From Microthyrium microscopicum (Eukaryota), in the NCBI GenBank assembly GCA_010405405.1, contig MU004232.1, positions 2,127,481 through 2,191,480 on the forward strand: a stretch of 64,000 nt of DNA. Direction: 5' to 3'. A program made the translations under genes and the position numbers. Positions 12,816-23,972 of the stretch are shown one piece after another. A model generated the notes under the pieces. The model was not told where the DNA came from and ran no database searches. It saw only the letters and a list, made by a program, of their open reading frames with translations. How positions within the stretch are numbered: the stretch's first letter is position 1; each line of letters starts with the position of its first letter.

Positions 12816-14126
12816 ATGGCGCCTCGTCTGCATCATACCAAATCCCGGAATGGATGTCGAATGTGCAAAAAGCGGAGAGTAAAATGTGACGAGATACATC
12901 CTACATGTACCAATTGCAAACGTCACGGAGTAAGTTGCGAATACCCAAGCAAAGACTCTCCAGGAAGCCGGTCACCTCCAAGACGACGATCAAGGGCGCC
13001 TAATCCAGCCCCAAGTGCTTTCGCTGGATTGAATATGCACCCCAAAATCAACGTTGACGACATTGACGAAGAAATCCTTCTGGATGCTGAAACTCGACGA
13101 AATTTGGAACTTCGTCTCTTCTTCTGGTTCACTTCTGTTGTCATAGAAGGCTTTCCATCAGCCAAGGATGAACCAAGTACGGCAACGAAAAACAGCCATA
13201 TAATGGGTATGGCCTTGGAGTACCCATTCTTGCTCAACTCTTTGTTCTCTCTCTCCGCTCTTCACATGGATTATTCTTCCCGGGTACCACCGAATTCACC
13301 ACCACCAATATCCAGCATCATCGCGAGGGAACCTGAACCGAAACCGATACCAGTTCCCAGACTCCCAGTGGCACCAGCGAGTGCCCATCGGATTTATTTT
13401 AATATTGCAGCTAAACAACAACGAGAAGCTCTGTCCAACATCAACCAGGAAAATGCCAACGCGCTTTGGCTTACTACGACAGTTCTTTCAATCCAGGCAT
13501 TGGCACTTTGTCGAGAAGAAACACGGGCAGAGGAAGGATATAGTCCGCCAATGCGATGGCTCCATATGATGAGAGGTATATGTCAGATGGCATATACAAT
13601 CAAGCCTATAATGCCAATTGTTCTGAAAGATATGGTGCTTCGACAAGACCAAGAATTGATGAATTGGAACAAATACGATCTCGATAAGGTCGGAATTCCA
13701 GATCAATTCTTGCGGCTTTTGGACTGGGAGGCCCATCCTGAGCCAGACTTTGACCCGGAAGTAAAAGACGCTTATGAATTAGTGGTCAAATACATGTCTG
13801 GCGTGTATGCTGGGATACAAAGCCGCGATGACTACCACCTCACCTTTCGGCGACTGCTTTATCTCGACCTTCTCGCATCACCCTCATTTCTCAAATTCGT
13901 GGAGGAACAACGGCCGCGAGCGATTGCGATACTGGCCAATTATTGTGCAATGACAGCAGTGGTGGACGATCACTGGGTATTTCAGGGACTGGCGGAGCGC
14001 GAGGTAAGCGGGTTATCGACGTTACTGCCTCAAGAATGGCAGTGGGCGATAATATGGCCGCAGGCGATGATTCAAGCGGGAAGGAGTCCTTCGACACAAG
14101 CAGTTGATCCTGGATTGGCACGTTAG
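12816..14126 (+). CDS. Zn(II)2Cys6 transcription factor, Upc2-like
   Basis: HHTKSRNGCRMCKKRRVKCDEIHPTCTNCKRHGVSCEY; C-terminal LELRL, YPFLL..L.SLSALH, PRAIAILANY..., W.WAI.WP; intronless. Confidence 0.92.
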   Translation: MAPRLHHTKSRNGCRMCKKRRVKCDEIHPTCTNCKRHGVSCEYPSKDSPGSRSPPRRRSRAPNPAPSAFAGLNMHPKINVDDIDEEILLDAETRRNLELRLFFWFTSVVIEGFPSAKDEPSTATKNSHIMGMALEYPFLLNSLFSLSALHMDYSSRVPPNSPPPISSIIAREPEPKPIPVPRLPVAPASAHRIYFNIAAKQQREALSNINQENANALWLTTTVLSIQALALCREETRAEEGYSPPMRWLHMMRGICQMAYTIKPIMPIVLKDMVLRQDQELMNWNKYDLDKVGIPDQFLRLLDWEAHPEPDFDPEVKDAYELVVKYMSGVYAGIQSRDDYHLTFRRLLYLDLLASPSFLKFVEEQRPRAIAILANYCAMTAVVDDHWVFQGLAEREVSGLSTLLPQEWQWAIIWPQAMIQAGRSPSTQAVDPGLAR

Positions 14127-15181
14127 ACTGGAATCTATCTCTCAAATGATAACGACAGCGAGTACATACTACCTTGACGCAAAGCTACGGTGTAATGTTC
14201 TTGCAATGAATGCATAGCAGCGAATTTTCTACTTTTACAGCGAACTGGAATAGAAAAATCTGATGGGCAGAAAGCATGTCAAATACTTACTTTAGCTTAC
14301 TTTTTTCCTTATTCCAATCACGTTCCAATGGTCTGATCACTTCATGCGCCAGGCTCGTGTTCGCATTCGCACTCGTACATGTAAGATGTATCTCAGTTCC
14401 AGTCATGATGCAGCTTCGTCTAAATTCGCCTTCGATAGATTTCTCTTTTTAAAAATGAGATCGAATGGAGTCACAGTACAGAAAAGCTAGTCACAAACTC
14501 AAAGGATCATGACAGCTATCACCACGAAATATCATCCGCCCTGGCCACCAAAGCTCTGCTTCAGTGACCAGGTCAGATCCATACAACAATGAGCTAAGCA
14601 TTATTCAAAATCTCGGCAGGACCCTCGTTTTAGTCAGGGCAAGCTGTCAAGATGATAATGAGTTTTCCCTAACAGCATGGATGTATATCTAACTTTGTCA
14701 ACTACTGTAGTTTATGATGATTGTGAGCGTAATATGGACTGACTTTGTTTTGGAACCAGGCCTAATAAGCAGGAGATGTGCAAATAAATGTAGCTCCTTG
14801 TTTAATATCTGTACTAGTAGGTTTGTGCAATTTTTGCTACGTACTAGAGTAGAGTATACGTAGAGTAACAACGTTTCGTTCCTGATGAGTCTTTCCGATG
14901 TCTCTTCGAATGGTAACTCCTATCCTCAAGTCCTAAAAGGTGAGTACTAGGTGATGAAATCAGAGTATAGTAGTTCAGATCGAATGTCCAAATGAATTTG
15001 AAGTTATAACAGTTAGCAAGCTGAGCATGTTGTTGGCAAAATAACTGTAGCAGGCTAGCAGCAGAAAAAGTTATGATGAATTTCAAGATAGCATTATTCA
15101 ACTAATATATAAGAACAATTCGAAGCTGAGGAACAAAAATCGAATTGGGGCTTATTAGTGTATGGTGAAATCTTAGAGTAG

Positions 15182-15189
15182 ATGACTCA
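15182..15189 (+). promoter_or_regulatory. Gcn4/CpcA consensus site (ATGACTCA) upstream of eIF2B alpha
   Basis: Perfect TGACTCA core about 220 nt upstream of ATG 15408. Confidence 0.35.
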
Positions 15190-15407
15190 ACTGAAAACTG
15201 CTCCAGCTCAGCTCTCACCACCTCCAAGACCTCAACCTTCAACTTCACAACACACACAGACAACCGTCCGTTTCACCATATCACCACTCCAGCTTGTTAT
15301 TCTAGACTACTGATCGCTCAGAATCAAGCATATTAAATTGACACACTCTCACCACTTCACCCTCTTTGCGCTTACCAGCATTCCAATCCCACACAACAAC
15401 CAACAAC

Positions 15408-16503
15408 ATGACAGTACAATCATCGGGCCCACTGCCCACCGCCTCACCCAACTTCGATATAGTCGCAACCTACCACGCCCTCCTCAGTTCCGACGCCGAC
15501 CTAACAATGCCCGTCGCCGCCATCGAATCCCTCGTCCGCGCTCTCGCCGCCCACCCCACCAGCACCATCTCCGAAACTCTCGAATATCTCAAATCCCTCG
15601 TCGAAACGCTAACCGCATCCGTGCCAAACCCCATATCTCTCTCCGCCGGTACAGATCTCTTTCAGCGCTACCTCATCAGCAGTCTGCAGACGCGGCAGGC
15701 TGGCAGCTCGACGGACTTTGACATGCTGCGACGCCACCTGATCAACAACGCGCGCCTGTTCGTACAGCGCGCAAAGGACAGTCGCAATATCATTGCTGGC
15801 TTTGGCAAGAACTTTGTGAGAGATGGATGTACGGTGTTGACGGCAGGTGGATCGCGGGTTGTAGGTGCGCTGCTTAAGGAGTCGGCGAGCCGGTCCGCTG
15901 TACGTTTCCGTGTGGTGTATGTGTTGGGCCAATCCGAGACGCCGGGTGCTCGGCCGGAAGGGAGTGACACTGTGGATGCGTTAAGAGCACAGGGCGTGCC
16001 AGTGGCTACTATTGGCGAAGGTGCGGTGGCATATTCGCTGTCGCAGGTCGACATGGTTATTGTTGGCGCAGAGGGAGTTGTTGAGAACGGAGGTGCTATT
16101 AGCAGACTCGGCACGTATCAGATTGGATTGTTGGCCAAGGCGCATAGCATACCATTCTATGTTGTGGCTGAGAGTCACAAATTTGTGCGCTTGTTTCCCC
16201 TTGGACAGTACGATCTGCCTATCGAGCAGCAAGTCGTCGAGTTCAAGGTTGAAAATGAGAAGGTCGTGGATGAATTGGCAAAGACAGTGGATCTCACAAA
16301 ATCATCGAGAGGAAAGAGGAAGCTATCAAATGGCCCTCATGCCGTTGATTTTACAGTAAGCATATCCCCATTACAGAATGACCGCAGTTCATGCTTGCTA
16401 ACCAATAATCCAGCCTCCCGACCTGATCTCAGGTATCATAACAGAGAGTGGTGTCCTTACCCCAAGTGCTGTCAGCGAGGAACTCATCAAGATTTGGTTT
16501 TAG
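15408..16503 (+). CDS. GCN3: Translation initiation factor eIF2B alpha subunit
   Basis: TMPVAAIE, ISLSAGTDLF, SRVV, VIVGAEGVVENGG, AESHKFVRLFPL.QYDL; intron 16356-16413 restores the C-terminal LTPSAVSEELIKIWF. Confidence 0.95.
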
Positions 16504-16526
16504 GAAATCGATCCCCTTGATGAGGC

Positions 16527-17167
16527 CTAGACTCCTTCCATCGCAATTCCAAACCTTTCGCGCACCCTCCGAACCCTTTCTATCAAGTCCCGAAGCAATT
16601 CTTCTGATAGTGGGGCTGTATTGCGTAGCATCTTGGTCTCCTCCTCCCATTTCTTGATCTGCATCTCCATCATGCTGGTCTCCTCCATCGACATCTTGGC
16701 CTTCCCCTTCAACACCTCAACTTTTTCCTTCAGCATCTTGGTCTCTTTCTCCAGCTCCCGCAGATACATATTTTTCTGCACTGAAACATCTTCCCCAAAA
16801 AGCTTGCGGTCAAGTGCACCGAATGCTTCAGGCGACACCAGGAACATCAAGTAGTGTAAAGGCGTATTGATCATGAGTGTCACCACTAGTAGCGACGGGT
16901 TGTATTGTACAAACGTGCTGAACAGTGTTGTGCACGCCACAGAACCAGATAGCGGAAATAGCGCGTTGATGCGCCGGTGGGTATTGATCCATGAGTAGAA
17001 ATGCTGATAACGAGAATTCGAAGGGAAGAATTTGTGGCTCAGGTCGAAGGTTATTTGCACCCCGAGTACAAAGGCAATAGCTGAATAGTGTTAGTAAAGC
17101 TTATCATAGACCGCCATGATCGCTGACAGGGCGAATGAGGGCCAACGCCGATTTTGATGGATGTCAT
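16527..17167 (-). CDS. Hypothetical membrane protein with C-terminal coiled coil
   Basis: 177-codon ORF extendable through intron 17081-17127 (GTCAGC...CTAAC...CAG) to ATG 17167; hydrophobic segments, then an E/K-rich heptad region. Confidence 0.5.
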
Positions 17168-17291
17168 GATAGAATCACATAGCATATCTTGGGAAGCAAC
17201 GACATGAGTGGCCCCTTGAAAGATGTTTGTGTTGTGGGAGAACCTTACTGAATATATAAGTCATGAGCGCTCGCTCTATGAAAGTCAACCC

Positions 17292-18177
17292 CTATTTGAC
17301 TCCATTTTTCGTGTTGTAAAGGTCTTGGATGTGGTCTACCAAAGCCTTGGGGTCTGCGCCGCCATCGCATTCTTTCCATTCTCCGCCGTCTCGAACGCAC
17401 CAGATTGTCTCGTTGACTCGGACCTGTGTTCTTTTAGTCATCGCAAGCTATTATAGTTGGAAATGTTCTTACAGTGCAACTCTTGGTGACACCAGCCTTT
17501 CTCGTTCGCTCAACACTGTCACGCAAAAGACGCATGCCGTAGCCGCCATCATCTTTACTGGCGCAATCATTCAAGCGACTGAATGCTATTCCGTACTCTG
17601 CAGCACACTCTTGGATCAAGCTTCTCTGTGGAATGAGGTCGTATTGTTTCATGGTGCAGTAGGTGAATCCGAGATATTGCTTTGGGTCAGGATACAGCTT
17701 GGCAGCACAAAGTTGTAGAATGTTTCCCAGGCACTCGTTAGGTCCATGCATACACTCTACACCATCGTCACCCTCAGAGACTTTTCCGATGTATGATAGT
17801 GTGAAATTGACGATTTTGGGGTCCAGCTGAGACATGGCAGGCACAACTTGATCAAGGATGCAATCGCGAGCATCAGGACATTTGGACATGATGTGAGCTT
17901 CGAGCTGGACAGGAGCGCTGAGCGTGAAGAAACCTGGCTCGGGTAGAGTATCCTGCTTCTTGGGAAGATCTGGAGCTTGGATTGGCGTTTGGTGGGTCGA
18001 GTCCAGGTACGTGTCTGCATTGGAAGCTGGAATATGCCTCGCGAGCAGAGTCTGGACGTGCCATATGAGGACGATAAGGGAAATCCCGAGCATGATTGCA
18101 ATTTTGGGGCGACGATAGCGAGGTGGAATGATATTGCGACGAAATGTAGATGGATGACTTGTGGTTTTGGTGAGCAT
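17292..18177 (-). CDS. GILT-like (gamma-interferon-inducible lysosomal thiol reductase family) type II membrane protein
   Basis: N-terminal TM; LEAHIMSKCPDA, CMHGPNECLGN, KSCT|VRV...WCVRDGGEWKEC; intron 17424-17472. Confidence 0.88.
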
Positions 18178-18902
18178 GGAGGAGGGATGAAAGCAGGCGG
18201 GAGGATTGCTGACGATGACTAGGAGGTTGTTTCGTGAGGCAAGATTCACCCGTTATACAACAGGCAACTTCAAGAAAAACAGCCCAGACCGAAGATGGAG
18301 ATCAAGATCAACAAACAATCAACATTGAAGCAGTTGAGAGGGACCGAAAAGGTTCCGCTTTCCAAACGTGAGCTCTCCACGAGTCCACGTGCATGTGTGC
18401 GGATCGGCCCGTAATGCCGAAGCTCTCCTCTCCGGCCCGATTCAGTACCATTCCATACATTGATGTACAAGAGATCTGTATGGTATGTCCTGCTTTACTT
18501 ATGTGATCTCATCGATCATGCCTTGATGCGGCGGCACCTTGAGCTGGAGTGTTCTCTCGTCTTCAAGCTGTATCTGAATTTCTACTTGAATTTAGAGCGG
18601 CGACAAAGTAAGCGCTGACACGTTCAGATGCTCAGCCTTCAATAAATCGAATCCTGCTGCTTGCTAGATTTCGATGCTTCCAAGCGGCAAGAGGCAGAGG
18701 ATCTCAATAGGCGCTGGCTCTGAACTATGAGCAAGCCACGGCAGAATCCGCGAGTGTCGAGATCTCCTATTTTCCTCTCGATGTCGTTGAGAGTCTGGCA
18801 ACTGAAGCTATTTGGCGCCAGATGAAACTATCAGCTACCACGCCGCCCAAGACACCCAATGGCTATGATGACCTGACTTGGGAAATAGGCCTCAGAGCTG
18901 CG

Positions 18903-18909
18903 TATATAA
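18903..18909 (+). promoter_or_regulatory. Putative TATA box of the thioredoxin-like gene
   Basis: TATATAA about 190 nt upstream of ATG 19093, followed by a long CT/CA-rich leader. Confidence 0.45.
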
Positions 18910-19092
18910 GTCTTTGAATGAACGTCTTCATGAAGCATCATACTCTTAAGAAACTAAATACTCAACTCGCTGATTTTAACGCTGAGCATCTGCCCAACTG
19001 TTCAGATCACTCCATTGTTAAATACCACTCCTTATTCACTCAGCACATCTTCTCATCATTCTTCTACCGCAAGTCATACATACTCCACCAAT

Positions 19093-19410
19093 ATGACAAT
19101 CAAACGCATCAGCAGCACTGGCGACCTCAACAATATCTTGCAGGAGAACACCAATGTCATAATCAACTTTGGGGCGGCATGGAGTGCACCTAGTAACGTC
19201 ATGAACTCCGAATTCCAGAAGCTCGCTCATGCGAACACCAATGCGGGAAATCTTGCTTTCGCCGAGGTCAACACTGATGAGCACTCGGAGATCGCAGCAG
19301 CATACAATATCAGCGGCATGCCGACATTCGTACTCGTCAATAACGGACAAGTTCAGGAAACCACTCGAGACGCATCCGGGATTCAAGGCTTGATCAACCG
19401 CGCCGCTTGA
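19093..19410 (+). CDS. Thioredoxin-fold protein lacking all cysteines (WSAPS at the WCGPC position), 105 aa
   Basis: VIINFGAAWSAPS, FAEVNTDE, IA..YNISGMPTFV..NNG: the full thioredoxin pattern including the cis-Pro MPT motif. Confidence 0.85.
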   Translation: MTIKRISSTGDLNNILQENTNVIINFGAAWSAPSNVMNSEFQKLAHANTNAGNLAFAEVNTDEHSEIAAAYNISGMPTFVLVNNGQVQETTRDASGIQGLINRAA

Positions 19411-19592
19411 ATCGCTACGAGAGGGTGCTAGAATATCAGAAGGTCAGGATGTAAATAGACTCCAAACGATGAGTGAAATAAGCCTGGTCGAGATTTACCT
19501 GTTGGATATCTGACGCCATATGATATATTGAACTCTTGGGAATGAGCTACAACGAGGGGTGGTAGTATAACATAGATAGACTTAGAATCTGA

Positions 19593-20452
19593 CTACTTTC
19601 TACCTAGATAACAGGTCAATCCTCCATCAATTGTATGCGAAGTGCCGGTGATATATTTTGACTCATCTCCGACCAGAAATGCTACTAAGCTAGCAACTTC
19701 ATGTGCTTCTCCGCCTCTTTGTATAGCTTGTTGTGCGACCAGACCTCCACTGGTATTCTCGTTCAAGCCGACTTTACCATGGGCATCTACAGACGCCATA
19801 GTCATCGGTGTCTTAATAAAGCCACTGAAATCGTTAGCATCAACTGCCCAGATGACCAAGTGACATAGGGCATCAACACTCACGGACAAATCGCGTTCAC
19901 TCTAATGCCCCTTGTACCAACTTCTTTAGCCGCCGACTTCGTCAGCCCAATAACAGCATGCTTTGAAGCCGCGTATGCTGCGTGATTTGGCGTGCCGACA
20001 ATGCCAGCAACGCTCGATGCATTAACAATACTACCTCCGTCTGCCAGGACTCTCAGCTGCGCGCGCATACAATGGAAGACGCCGTTCAGGTTGATGTCGA
20101 TGACAAAGTTCCAATCCTTGTCTGTTATATCTTTCACTCCGTCTCTGGCAATGCCTGGGCTGACCACACCGGCCAGGTTGACTGCGCTGTCGAGGCGTCC
20201 GAATTTCTTGACGGTCGCGGCCACCCAGTCGTCTACTTGCTGCACGTTACGGACATCGAGAGCGGTGCTGATGATATTCTTGTTTCCACTTTTGGCAGAG
20301 ACTTCGGCTGCTGCCTTTTCGAGGGCTTCGAGGTTTAGGTCGGCGAGGGAAAGGAGAGCGCCGCGTGAGGCGAGGAGATGGGCGGTAGCAAGACCAAGGC
20401 CAGAGGCAGCGCCGGTGATTGCAATTACTTTGTCGGAAACTGATGTTGACAT
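19593..20452 (-). CDS. Classical short-chain dehydrogenase/reductase
   Basis: TGAASGLG, NLAG, YAASK, IRVNAICP|G, ITG...IDGG; intron 19825-19883. Confidence 0.93.
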
Positions 20453-21002
20453 TTTGAACGGTGAATTGTTTCTACCTTGCTTTCTAGAAAGAAATCATTT
20501 GAATTTAGTCTTTGGGAGCTTGACAGATGCAGTGGGGATCGTGCGGATAATGGTAACCATCTGCGTTCATTTTCCGACAGTTTGGTTCTCGTGGAATCAT
20601 ATGTCATTTGTATCCCCGCAAAATCCAGTACTTTGGATTGAGCTGTAGCTAGCTTGAAAATAGCGTATGTACTAATTGTTCGCTCATTTTTGACAAGTTT
20701 GACATTCTTACCGCGACGGCATGTCCCGTACTGTACATCACGCATCCAACCAACATATGCCCACTCGATGTGTCAGAGGGCATTCTGAGGCATGGGAGCT
20801 CTCAGACTGTTTCCTTGCCCAAGCAAATTCTGTTGCTTTGCATTGCATGTAGTCGGCTGGCCATACATTTTGTACTTTAGTTCGGCCTTATCCTATGGTT
20901 ACGGAGATTGGGCTCATCGTGATGTGCTTGTTCCTGGGCTTGTAAGGCGCTGGCTGAAGCCGACCACATAGTTCATTATGAAGCCGATCTATAACAAAGT
21001 CT

Positions 21003-21413
21003 TCAAAGTTTCATCCGCCCAGCGGCATCCTTTCTTTGTCCGGATTCAGCAACGTATCCGAAAGCTGCTGGATTCGCAAAGGTGCTCATAGCAGCACCGG
21101 GAGGTAGAGGAAACGGCGGTCTGAGAAGAGACCTGGTAAAGAATACTGGATGGATATGAGCACTGTTATAATATGGTCGTTGAATCTGAGGCATCGGTGG
21201 TGGAGTCATGTTCGAACCGTACGGAGGCATCGCTTCTATTTGGTTCTTTGGAGCCATTGGCTGACTTTGCGGGGCTGATTGGGAATGTAACTCGCGCGTT
21301 TGAGGATTCGGCACGACTTTTGGAGATATCTATATGGGTTAATGACCAGTACTTGCAAAGAACTCTTTTCATGGTTGTACCTTAGGCCGGTGTGGTTGCA
21401 GAGCTGGGAGCAT
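21003..21413 (-). CDS. Small Pro-rich hypothetical protein, 2 exons
   Basis: ATG 21413 (MLPALQPHRPK) joins in frame to ORF 21003-21314 through a candidate 51-nt intron 21330-21380. Confidence 0.3.
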
Positions 21414-21762
21414 GGCGATGCCTATCTCAACAATGAAGTCCTTGTTAAGCTATCGTGAACGGTTTGAGGGACGGAGTAATGAGATGATGTTTTGACGACC
21501 ATATCTTCACTCGTTTCTGAAAGAAGCGATAGTGATGCTGGGGATGATATTGACCTCGGCACGGCTTGTAAGTTGTGCCCTTCAACTCATTCTTTCACAA
21601 TTTTGATGCACGTCATACACCGGACTTAACATTTGTTGAGCCCGGAGTTAAACATTCACTTCTTAAAGAATCGGACGCGCTTCCAAGTTCCAATGAGACG
21701 ATGTCTTTTGATCCTTCAAACGCTTCCATCGTATTTTGGTCTTACGATTCTTAGAGGAGCTA

Positions 21763-22904
21763 ATGAAGCTTGCAGTACGACGGCCAATTTCGGCCAGTTT
21801 TACGTCACCGCCGTCTATTTTCAGGCGCCATCGATCGTATTTGTCTCCACCTTATCTGCTGGACGATTACAGTCCGCGATACCAGTTGATATCATCCCGA
21901 GACGCAGCTAAAAAGCGCTCTGAAGCTTATGCCCATTTACGCGACTGCAACCTATGTCCACGTTTATGCGGAGTCAATCGCTATGAGAAGACCGGGGTTT
22001 GTCTAATTGGTGCTGAGACTGCCAAAGTGAGCACTATCGCTCCGCACTTTGGTGAAGGTCAATGAGGTCCAGACTGTCGGCGGGCACGACACACTAACTT
22101 CGAACAGAACCTTGTATCCAAGGTCATAATGGTTCAGGATCAGTGTTCTTCTCTGGATGCAACCTGAGATGTGTTTTCTGTCAGAATCACGACATCGCTC
22201 ATCAGCGAAATGGTTTTGACTTGACACCAGAGCAGCTTGCCGAATGGCTTATGAAGCTACAAGATGTTGGAGGTGTCCACAATATCAATTTCGTTACACC
22301 AGAGCATGTAGTGCCTCAAGTTGCACTTACGATCTTGCATGCGAAAGACCTGGGTCTCAAGGTCCCAATTATCTACAATACCTCATCGTTTGATTCACTG
22401 GACTCAATTCGATTGATGGATGGATTGGTCGACATTTATCTTCCGGACTTCAAGGTTTGGAACGACTCTACTTCAAAGCGATACCTGAAAGCAGATAATT
22501 ATGCCGCCGTTGCCAAGGAAAGTATCAAAGAAATGCATTCCCAAGTTGGCGATATTTGCTTCACTCCTGATGGAATTGCTCGGAAAGGGGTTTTAGTTCG
22601 CCATCTTGTAATGCCGGGACAAGAAGATGAAGGATGCAAAATTATGACATGGCTTGCTGAGAATGTCTCGAAAGATTTGTATGTTCACATCATGGAGCAG
22701 TATCATCCGCGAGCGCATGTCGGCAAACCCAAGCGAAGAACTGGTACCTCGTCAACAAAAAGTGACAAAGAACTTGAAAAGAGGTACGAAGAAATCAATC
22801 GGCCAATTACAGATGTGGAGCATTCTCTTGTTCGAAAGGCTGCGGCACAGGCTGGTCTTTGGAGATTCGTCGAAGTTGCTGAGCATGGTGGTTTCAACAT
22901 CTGA
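21763..22904 (+). CDS. Radical SAM protein, PflX family (usually annotated PFL-activating-like), with Arg-rich N-terminal extension
   Basis: CNLCPRLCGVNR...GVC, HFGEEP, FFSGCNLRCVFCQN (CxxxCxxC), HNINFVTP, VDIYLPDFK, LVRHLVMPG; intron 22058-22107. Confidence 0.9.
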
Positions 22905-23180
22905 TGGAAGAACTCGTCTGCTCCCTTGCCTTACCGCCTCCGCTTGTGGACTGCAATAGAAGTTGCAAGAGTTCAACAAAGTCCCGCGTATCTGGCGTGC
23001 AAATTCATGAGCCGAACAATGGGGTTAGCTGCATATCATCAGAAATCTGGTACGGTTATGGCTTGAAACAAAGCAACTGAACAAAGCCTCGCCGAAATAC
23101 CCACCATGTCCTTATGCTAAGGACAAGACCTATGGTTCTTGAAAATCTATGCTTGAAGCGTAATGCTGCACTCTTCATAA

Positions 23181-23972
23181 ATGAATCGAAAGAAGAGCTT
23201 CCTTGACGTCAATGCATCACTGGCTCCCCAATTCACTCCTTACTATACATCAAATTCGATGGATCAAAGCGTAGAGAGTGGCGCAAGCATTGAGCATGCA
23301 TTTGCATCTCCACAAGAAATATATAGAGCGCTGACAAGTTCACTGACTGAATCTCAAAAAAGGCTTGAGAAGCTCCAAAAGCGGATTCGAGATTTGGAAG
23401 GAGACCTCAAAAAGCCCGATCTCAGATGTAAAGAGCGCAAAAGAATCCGACACATTACCGGAAAAGTGAAGAGACAAATACATCACGAAAATCAAAACAT
23501 ATCAGCCATCACAATCGCCATTGCAGACAGCCAAATCCAGTCTAAAACAGTAGGCATGCCACCAGCTATGGATTATGTACCGCCAACCATGAGATATCCC
23601 GCTTCGCCTCTTTTTAGTCCAGTTTATTACTATCCTCCTATTCCCGCTACACCATCCGGCATGATGTTTTGGCCGCCGATTGTTAGCCCGCACATGGAAA
23701 GTTTGCAAAGTGGCTGGCCAAATGGTCCGCCTTCGGCGACAGGGTCGTGGACGGCAAGTTCAGCAGGCTGGCAAACACCAACGTTTACCCCGGGAGAAAA
23801 TTATACATCAGAATGGGTCCAGACGCCGTGTGATGAGTCCAGTCAGTCGGGTCAAATGAGTTCAGACCCTGAAGACCAGGAAGATAGTATTGCGGACCAA
23901 CCATCGGAGATAGATCCGAGCATTGACAATGTTGTCAACAAGGAAATTGCACTGCAGGTGAAAGAATCTTGA
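23181..23972 (+). CDS. Hypothetical protein (basic coiled coil plus Pro/Tyr-rich region)
   Basis: 263-codon ATG ORF with coiled-coil heptads; no recognisable family. Confidence 0.55.
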   Translation: MNRKKSFLDVNASLAPQFTPYYTSNSMDQSVESGASIEHAFASPQEIYRALTSSLTESQKRLEKLQKRIRDLEGDLKKPDLRCKERKRIRHITGKVKRQIHHENQNISAITIAIADSQIQSKTVGMPPAMDYVPPTMRYPASPLFSPVYYYPPIPATPSGMMFWPPIVSPHMESLQSGWPNGPPSATGSWTASSAGWQTPTFTPGENYTSEWVQTPCDESSQSGQMSSDPEDQEDSIADQPSEIDPSIDNVVNKEIALQVKES

